This document shows, one piece after another, positions 56,631 through 64,000 of a stretch of DNA of 64,000 nt. Under the pieces are notes generated by a model that saw only the letters and a program-made list of their open reading frames with translations, had not been told where the DNA came from and searched no databases. This DNA is from an uncultured delta proteobacterium (lineage in GTDB: Bacteria; Desulfobacterota; Syntrophobacteria; Syntrophobacterales; Syntrophobacteraceae): positions 19,123 to 83,122 of the forward strand of contig CAWEHK010000054.1 of the NCBI GenBank assembly GCA_963808625.1, written 5' to 3'. The stretch's first letter is position 1. Each line of letters opens with the position of its first letter. The position numbers were made by a program, and so were the translations under genes.

Positions 56631-59600
56631 TCAAAAAATCTCCTCCAGAGCGGCATCGAGCACCGCATGGATCTGCTGGTCCTTGAACCCGCGCAGCACC
56701 GAAGCACTGTTGGGGCAAACGGCGGCACACGTTCCGCAGCCCTGGCACATGAGCTCGTTGACCAGGATGCGCTCCTCTTCTTCATCGCGATAGCGGGCCC
56801 CATAGGGACAGGCTGCCATACACCGTTCACAGAGGGAACAAAGGCTATGGCGGACTTCGGCGGCGATACTGCCGCCGGCAACCATTCTCCGGCTGAGCAG
56901 CACCAGAGCGCGCTGCGCTGCCGCTTCCGCCGTGGCAATTGATTCGGTAAGGGAGCGGGGGGAGTGGGCAAGGCCACAGGTATAAATTCCTTCCTTGACA
57001 AAGTCCACCGGCCGCCACTTGGACTCGGCTTCCTGGAAGAAGCCATCCTGGTTCAGCGCGACGCCGAAGACCTCCGCGAGGTGTCCCTGCGCCTCCGGCA
57101 CGATGCCGGTGCTGAGGACCAGGAGATCCGCCTCGAAGGTGATCTCACGGCCAAGGATGGGGTCCCGGGCGGTCACCGAAAGGCGGCCGTCTGCCACTGC
57201 TGCCCGGGGCTTTTCATCCACCTCATACTGAACAAAGAGCACGCCCGATTTACGCGCCTGGGTGTAATAAGTCTCGAGGAAACCGTAGGTCATAATGTCC
57301 CGGTAGAAGATGGTGATGTCGACCTCCGGGTTCTTTTCCTTCAGATAGAGCGCATTTTTCAGCGCCGAGGCACAGCAGATCCGGCTGCAGTAGTTGCGGC
57401 CCTCGATTCTCGAGTCCACGCACTGGATCATGACAACTGCTTGCAGACTCTGGGGATCCACTGCACCTTGATGAAGTCTCTCTTCGAGCTCATGCTGGGT
57501 GATGACGGCATCGCTTTGGCCGTAGCAATAGGATTCCGTTCTGGCTTCACGGGCCCCCGTAGCCAAGACGGTTACGCCGTGATCCAGCAACTCGCCCGTG
57601 CCGTCCTCGCTTTCGATGGTCGTGAGGAAATGCCCCACCTGACCCTGCGAATGGATGATCCGGGTGTTCTTGTGGAGGTGGATGTGCGGATGCCCCGTGA
57701 CCCTGGCAATGGTCTTTTGCAGCAGGTCCTGGGGCGAGGGGCCCTCGAGGGTGCGGTAAAGATTCCGCAAATTGCCCCCCAGTTCGCCACTCCGTTCCAC
57801 GAGGTTCACCTCGAAACCATGGTCGGCAATGGCCAGTGCCGCGCTCATACCCGCGAGACCGCCGCCCACCACGAGGGCCTTTTGAACCATTTCCGTGGTG
57901 GCGTGGAGGACGGCATCCATCCCCTGGAGTCTGGCCAGCCCCATATGCAAAGCGGTCTGGATTTCCCGCCTGAGTTGCACCGGCTCGAGGTTGTGCCCGG
58001 GAAAGGCCGGGGTCCGAATGTCAATGACCTCCATGAGGCTCGGCTGGAGTCCGATCGCTTCCCCCAGTTCCCGCAGTTTTCTCGCATAGAGATAGGGCAG
58101 ACAGGCCCCGATCAGGACGCGGTTCGACCGCCCGCCCTGGAGCGCTTCCTGCAGCTCAGCCCAGCCTTCCCGAGTGCAGAGCCGCTCGATGGGGAAGACC
58201 TGGCTCCCTGGAACGGAACGCTCCATTTCTGCCGCCAAAGCAGTGAGGCCGGCCGCGTCCATGATGGTGCCGCCGCAATTGCAGAGCGCGATCGCCACTC
58301 GCGGAAGCTCCCGGGAGACATCACGAAAGAGGTCTTGAGGGCTCTTTACCTCGGCCAGGCCGCCCCCTTTTGCGTGGATCAGCGTCGATGCCGCAAGCGA
58401 GGATGAACTTGCCTGAATGACCGATTCGGAAATGTCTTTCAGACCGGAGAATGAGCCGCTGACCAGCACACCCTCGGAGCCCGTGAGGCTGGTCGAAAAG
58501 TCTTTGACTTTGCAGAACCCCCACTGATTGAGCTCCATTCCGGTCAGCTCGGCGAGGGCTTCCATCCCCGCTGAGGGCCTTTGACCGGTGGCGAGCACCA
58601 CGAGATCGAAAATTTCATCGTGCATGACGCCGGCCAGGTCGGTGTAGGACAGTCTCAGGTCCCCTGCGGGACCCAATGGTTCAACCGTATGCACCCGGCT
58701 TCTCACAAACCGGACCCCGAATTCATTCTCGGCGCGGTCGCGGTAGCGCTGGAAATCCTTTCCGAAAGTCCGCATATCCATGTAAAAGATCGCGGCATCA
58801 ACGGCGCTCGCGCCGCGTTCTTTGAGCAGGAGCGCTTCTTTGATGGAAAACATGCAGCAGATGGAAGAACAGTAATCGGCATCATCATTGAGGCTTCGCG
58901 ATCCCACGCACTGCAGCCAGGCCACCTTGCGCACCTCCTTGCCGTCGCTCGGTCGCAGGACTTGCCCTCCGGTCGGGCCCGTGCCGCTGATCAGCCGCTC
59001 AAATTCGATGCTCGTCAGGACATTGGGCAATTCACCGTAGCCATAAGTGTTTTTCCCGGTTTTTGGATCAAAGGAACCGAACCCGGCAGCCAGGATCACC
59101 GCCCCCACTTCGATCTCGCGCTCGGTAACGCGTTGAATGCTCCGGAAGCGCTGCACGACCATCGACACCAGGGCTTCGATGTCGAAGGGCTTCAGCAAAT
59201 AATCGATAGCCCCAAGCTTCATTGCTTCCACGGCGTTTTCCACGGTCGCGTAAGCGGTCATCATCGCCACCGGGAGGTCCGGGCGCATCTCCTTTGCCCG
59301 CCTGAAGACCTCGACGCCATCCATGCCCGGCATCTTGACGTCCAGCAGCATCAGGTTGAATTCCTGGCGGGCGATCTTCTCGAGCGCTTCGGCCCCGGAC
59401 CCGGCCATTTCCACACTGAAGCCCTCATCTTCGAGCCACTCCTTGACCGAGTCGCGGACCACCAGTTCATCGTCCACAACCAGCACGTGGAAGGTCTTGC
59501 GAAGATCCAGCTGGAGATCGATGGCCCCGGTCGGGCACACCTTTTCGCACTCTCCGCACCGTTTGCAGGCTGCCAAATCAAGCACATAGTGATTGGGGAG

Positions 59601-60060
59601 GTTGTGCGGTACCGGGAGGTAGATGGCCTTCCGCATGCTGAGGCCGGCGTTGAACTCGTCCGGGACCTCGGCCGGGCAGACGCGGGAACACTCACCGCAG
59701 CCGATGCAGCGCGCGGGGTCGACCTTGTTGAGCTGGTAGCGCAGGCGTGGCCCGGAATTTTCCCGGTTCTCCCTCGAGGCCGATGAGCTCCGTCTCCAGC
59801 ATGATATCGATGTTCTCGTGGAAGAGCCCCCTCCGCAAACAGTACTGGGAAGCAGCGTCGCGCTCCACCAGCGGCAGCATTTTGCACATGCCGCAGTGGT
59901 CATTCGGGAACTGGTAGTCGAGCTGCCTCAGGGTGCCACCAAGATTGGGCGCCTTATCGACAAGCGTCACCCGGTAACCCAGCTCTGCCAAATCCAGAGC
60001 GGACCGGATCCCGCTGATCCCGGCTCCCACGATCAAAGCTGAGCCAATTTTCTTATCCAT
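56631..60060 (-). CDS. hdrA: Double HdrA-like flavoprotein with an inserted CheY-type receiver domain, one frameshift near 59744
   Basis: N-piece 59692..60060 (IVGAGISGIRSALDLAELG, CGMCKM). Then CIGCGECSRVCP / CKRCGECEKVCP, REC at 59154..59492, HdrA core (LQCVGSRS..YCSSICC), a second HdrA module (VVGGGLAGMSAALA, IQCVDSR..YCSRICC), and a C-terminal 2x[4Fe-4S]. Confidence 0.8.
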
Positions 60061-60074
60061 AGCTGCAACCCTTC

Positions 60075-61220
60075 CTAATCCTTCCCGCCCGTGACTTCGG
60101 AGAATTCCTTCTCACGGAATGCCGACAACGGAGGCTCATCTTCAAGGCTGCGGCCAGCCTCGTAGTCAAAAGCTCGCTGGGTATAATTGGCGATGGTGCG
60201 GAAGAGTTCCATGACGGGAATATTGTTGGGACATGCGTTGGAACACTGGCCACAGCCAATGCACGCCGTGCTCATGTGAGCCAGCCTGGTCAGATGGTAA
60301 AATACGGTGTCCGTCGGCATCTTGAGGATGCCTTTGCGCCTAGCCCAGCGCAGATACTGTGACGGTTCGTGATCGAAGACATCGGTGACAAAAACGCATT
60401 CCTTGCAGTAACACACCGGACAGGCCACCCGGCAGTTGTAGCAATTGACGCAGCCGCTGAGGTAGCTCATGAGCCTGTCCAGGTCCTTAGTCGCTTCACT
60501 GGTCTCGAGAAACATCTCATCCCGATAGGCGGCGCGTTCCGCCAGCAGTTCCGCGATGGCGGCTTTTCGGCCTGCGGGTGGCTGCCCTTCGGGTAATCCC
60601 AACTTGTCCAGGAGCGCCTCCCCGGCCGGAGATCCGGCTTCGACACTCAGACTGCTGTTGATATCACCTCCCAGCAGGCCGATGAGCACATCCGCGTTTT
60701 CCGGGATAGGGTGGTCACAGGCCTTGCATGCCGGGGATAGATCGAAATCCTCGAAGGCCGTGCCTTTGCCCTGAGCAATGTTCTGATAGAACCTGAGGGT
60801 GGATGCCGCGCCGTTGGCCCCGGCAAACCCTGCATAGTTGACATTGCTGTAAGCGCCAAGGCAGTCCACCCCAATCAGCAGAATCTCCTCGACGCTCCCC
60901 TGTTTCAGCTTCACCAGTTCGATGAAGGCCCTGATTTCGCAGGGTCGAAGAACTACGGCAAGACGGCTGCCGATAGGCTTGCGCGACAGTTTCGACACCA
61001 CTTTCGCGGCGTTGATCGGGAATGCGGGCGCCAGGGGATCGATGCCGTCAAGCCTTTCCGGGTCGGTCACCAGCATCGGCATGACCGTGTTTCTCCCCGG
61101 AAGATGCTGGGCCGCCAGCAGGCCGGCAAATTCTCCCGACTCGAGCAGCGCCTTGAAAAAGGTCCTCAGGGAGGCAACCGGATCCTGGTCTTTTACCTCA
61201 ATTTTCATTACCTTGCTCAT
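60075..61220 (-). CDS. FrhB/FdhB-family Fe-S protein (F420-hydrogenase/dehydrogenase beta-like) with a 2x[4Fe-4S] domain
   Basis: ..VLRPCEIRAFIELVK..IGVDCLG.., CVNCYNCRVACPVCYC, CIGCGQCSNACP. GGAGAA lies before the ATG at 61220. Confidence 0.65.
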   Translation of the reverse strand: MSKVMKIEVKDQDPVASLRTFFKALLESGEFAGLLAAQHLPGRNTVMPMLVTDPERLDGIDPLAPAFPINAAKVVSKLSRKPIGSRLAVVLRPCEIRAFIELVKLKQGSVEEILLIGVDCLGAYSNVNYAGFAGANGAASTLRFYQNIAQGKGTAFEDFDLSPACKACDHPIPENADVLIGLLGGDINSSLSVEAGSPAGEALLDKLGLPEGQPPAGRKAAIAELLAERAAYRDEMFLETSEATKDLDRLMSYLSGCVNCYNCRVACPVCYCKECVFVTDVFDHEPSQYLRWARRKGILKMPTDTVFYHLTRLAHMSTACIGCGQCSNACPNNIPVMELFRTIANYTQRAFDYEAGRSLEDEPPLSAFREKEFSEVTGGKD

Positions 61221-61258
61221 GGCTTTTCTCCAACCTGTTCCAGAATTCCGGAGGGCAA

Positions 61259-61681
61259 TCAAATTACCATCTGCTTACGCGTTGCATTGGGGCCGAGCGC
61301 TTTGACCTCAGCCACCAGCTCCCTGATCGTCCTGGCAAAATCGATCCCCTCACTGGCGCCAATCCAGGTCATCTTCAGCCGGCCCTCATCAAAACCAAAC
61401 CTCGGCAGGATTTCCTTCAGGAGTTTTATCCGCCGCCGCGCCTTGAGATTGCCGTTGATGTAGTGGCAGTCTCCCGGGTGGCAGCCGCTGATGAGCACCG
61501 CGTCCGCCCCTTCCAGCAAGGCTTTGATTACGTACTTGGGGTCCACCATCCCCGTGCACATCATCCGGATCATGCGCACGTTGAACGGCTGAATCAGCCG
61601 TGAGGTCCCCGCCAGATCGGCTGCGGTATAGGTGCACCAGTTGCACACGAACGCGATGATCGTGGGTTCATAGCCTTCCAT
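61259..61681 (-). CDS. mvhD: MvhD-like (methyl-viologen-reducing hydrogenase delta subunit) protein
   Basis: IIAFVCNWCTYTAADLAG...MIRMMCTGMVD...LISGCHPGDCHY. GGAGGAA lies 3 nt (CCT) before the ATG at 61681; the ORF is open to 61705. Confidence 0.85.
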   Translation of the reverse strand: MEGYEPTIIAFVCNWCTYTAADLAGTSRLIQPFNVRMIRMMCTGMVDPKYVIKALLEGADAVLISGCHPGDCHYINGNLKARRRIKLLKEILPRFGFDEGRLKMTWIGASEGIDFARTIRELVAEVKALGPNATRKQMVI

Positions 61682-61694
61682 AGGTTCCTCCATC

Positions 61695-64000
61695 TCAGAT
61701 AGCATCCAGCATGCCTTCGATTTCTGCGAAGACCTGCCTGGCCGTGAAATGTTTGATGCGCGCCGCGCCGCTGGGGCAAAAACCCGAACAGCTTCCGCAA
61801 CCCTTGCACACCGCCTCGTTTACCACCGAGACCCCCCGGCGCTCATCAAACTCGATGGCCGAGTAGGCGCACAGTTTGATGCAGGTCTGACAACCCGCGC
61901 ACACATCGGGGTCGATCCAGGAAGTGGTGGGAGAGATTTCAACCTTCCCGAAGGTAGCCAGAGCGAGCGCCTGTGCTGCGGCGCCCGAAGCATGGGAGAC
62001 CGTATCGGGAATGTCTTTCGGTCCCTGGCAGGCGCCGGCCAGAAAGATGCCGTCGGTAGCCGTGGTCATCGGCCCAAGCTTGGGGTGTTCTTCCAGGAAA
62101 AAGCCGTCCCCTCCCTGGTTGATGCCGAAGACCCTGGCCACATCCGAGGCGTCCTCCCGCTGTTGCATGGCCGTGCACAGCACCACCATGTCCACCGGAA
62201 CGCGCAGGCGTCTCCCCAGCAGGGTATCTTCCGCAACCACAACGAGCTTGCCCTGCTCGGCCGGGGCTTCCGGCTGATCGGTGATTTCTGCCGGCCTTCC
62301 CCGAATGAAGGTAACTCCCTCTTCCTGCAGCCTTCGGTAAAACTCCTCGTAGCCTTTTCCGAAGCAGCGCATATCGATGTAGAAATTGTAAACGCGGGTA
62401 TCGTGCCCGACCTTCTCCTTGATCAGGTGGCCGTACTTCAGCGCATACATACAGCAGACGCGGGAGCAGTATTCGTGAAAGTTGACATCGCGGCTGCCCA
62501 CGCAGTGAACGATGGCAACGCTGCCCGGGCTTCCTGCCGTCCTTCATCAGGATTTGCCCGCCGGTTGGTCCCACGGCGTTGTTCAAGCGTTCGAATTCGA
62601 GGCCGGTATAGACCTCCTCAAAGCGCCCATAGCCATATTGCTTGAGCGGCGTGGGGTCCATGATGTCGAAGCCGGTGGCAAGAACGATGGTGCCCACCTT
62701 CACCTCCAGGTCCTGGGCGCTCATGCTGTGGTCTACGGCATTGCGCTCACAGGCCTTGACGCATTCCAGGCATTCCGAGCAAACCATGCAGTTGAGACAC
62801 TTGTGAGCCTCCGCCTGGGCTTGTTCCTCGGTGAGACCCAGCTCGACTTCCTCAAAACCGGTTCGTCTTTGATCCATGGAAATGGTCGCCATCTGGGCCC
62901 GGGGTTGTATTGGAAGAGCTTCCGGCAACGGCGAGAAATCCTCCTGCGGCACGGTAACGGGTTCGCGACCGGCTCGCAGGTCTTCTCCTTTGAGGAACCT
63001 GGAAATCGAGATGGCGGCTTCTTTCCCCTGGGCCACGGCGCTGATCGCAATCCAGGGCCCGGATTGGGCGTCACCGCCGGCAAAGACCCCTTCCCGGCTG
63101 GTGGCAAAGGTGACGGGATCGGTCTCGATGGTTCCCTTGCGGCTGAGGGTCAAGCCTTCGCCATTCGCCAGGAAAAGCGAATCCGGCGCTTGCCCGATGG
63201 CCGGGATGATCCAGTCCGCCTCGACCTCGAACTCACTCCCGGCTACCGGTACCGGACGCCTCCTTCCCGAAGCATCCGGCTCGCCCAGTTCCATCCGAAG
63301 ACACTGCATGCCGGTTGCCCTGCCATCCCTGGTGAGCACCTGCGACGGCGCGGTCAGATACTGGATTTCGACGCCCTCGGCCAGGGCGTCTTCAACTTCG
63401 TTTTCGCGAGCCGGCATTTCCCGGCGGGTACGACGATAGAATATGCTCACCTTCGAGGCGCCCAGTCGCGTAGCCACCCGTGCCGCATCGATGGCCACAT
63501 CACCACCGCCGACAATGATCACTTTGCCTTGTATCCCGGGGAAGTTCACCAAGGTTGGCCCGGCGCAGGAACTCAACACCATGCATCACCCCGTCGGCAT
63601 CCTCACCGGGAACATTCAGCTTGTGGCTGCGGTGGGCGCCGATCCCCACGTAGACCGCCCGGTACCCCTGAGCAAACAGATCATCGATGGTGAAGTCTTT
63701 GCCGAGAGCGGTGTTGAACCTGGTATCCACGCCGAGCCGGGTGATCGCCCGAATCTCTTTGTCCAGGACCGCCGGCGGCAGCCGGTAGTCGGGGATGCCC
63801 ACCCGCAGCATGCCGCCCGCGACGGGAAGGGCCTCGAAGATGGTGGTCTGGTAACCATCAAGCGCGAGGAAATAAGCGGCGCTAAGACCGGCGGGACCGG
63901 AGCCGATAATCGCCACCTTCTCGTCTCGCTTTTCAATCTCCGGAATCGGCAACTCTTCAAGATCCACCTGGTCGGCCACGAAGCGTTTCAGAGCGCAGAT
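61695..64000 (-). CDS. HdrL-like fusion: GltD-type NAD(P)H/FAD module + HdrA C-terminal module + 2x[4Fe-4S]. 5' end lies outside the window; two frameshifts
   Basis: VAIIGSGPAGLSAAYFLA...GGMLRVGIPDYRLP (GltD-like), VIIVGGGDVAIDAAR, then CLNCMVCSECLECVKAC, HCVGSRD..YCSRVCC, CAGCQTCIKLC / CKGCGSCSGFCP. The breaks are at the GGGG run 63538..63541 and the CCCGGG at 62523..62528. Confidence 0.75.

Noticed and set aside
27721-63693. Other long antisense ORFs: 27721..28623 +, 35206..35946 -, 44038..45060 -, 51839..52576 +, 53068..54408 +, 56964..58406 +, 58581..59786 +, 61749..62645 +, 62512..63693 +
   Set aside because: Each lies opposite a gene with strong family motifs (TonB receptor, serC, kinases, HdrA, HdrL). 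All have the Arg/Gly/Pro/Asp-rich composition of GC-rich shadow frames.

Overview
GC-rich chromosomal segment (judged by eye, not computed). It looks like an anaerobic Desulfobacterota ('deltaproteobacterial') genome. That is an inference from the Hdr/MvhD gene set, the many sigma-54 and two-component genes, and the dense intergenic palindromic repeats.

Layout:
- (i) 1-9.1 kb: accessory mosaic of toxin-antitoxin (TA) modules (NTase-type, BrnT/BrnA, AbiEii), two intact tyrosine recombinases plus one dead copy, and a 951-aa TPR protein built from 16 near-identical 126-bp units.
- (ii) 9.1-12 kb: pepA and a ThiF/E1-like gene.
- (iii) 12-16.1 kb: a consensus sigma-54 promoter driving uncharacterised lipoprotein genes (with a tandem segmental duplication) and a decayed PKD/CARDB-type gene.
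- (iv) 16.3-29.6 kb: MNT/HepT, a broken sensor kinase, an AAA ATPase, a peptide-type ABC binding protein, a broken TPR-CHAT protein and a broken TonB-dependent receptor.
- (v) 29.8-33.8 kb: an NtrC-type enhancer-binding protein divergent from a secreted repeat/PKD/CARDB protein.
- (vi) 34-45.8 kb: MazEF, serC, a SagB-type dehydrogenase, xth, an RRM RNA-binding protein, an HD hydrolase, an ABM protein, an Fe-ADH, a wHTH plus PD-(D/E)xK-like protein and a REC-PAS kinase.
- (vii) 45.8-50 kb: AT-richer islet with decayed TA genes, an IS4-family element with a 9-bp target duplication, and an unknown membrane protein.
- (viii) 50.3-64 kb: one minus-strand block containing an HdrL-like GltD-HdrA fusion, MvhD, an FrhB-like protein, a double HdrA carrying an inserted CheY receiver domain, HdrC, HdrB, then a four-gene phosphorelay.

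The most interesting signals:
- the receiver-domain HdrA next to its candidate phosphorelay;
- a bipartite motif shared at identical spacing upstream of two -24/-12 promoters;
- inverted heptamer microsatellite arrays between convergent genes;
- several families of REP-like palindromes.

Caveat: more than 20 reading-frame breaks occur, including in core genes such as serC and hdrB. Many sit at short G/C runs, so assembly indels are a serious alternative to real pseudogenes. No rRNA, tRNA or CRISPR array was seen.
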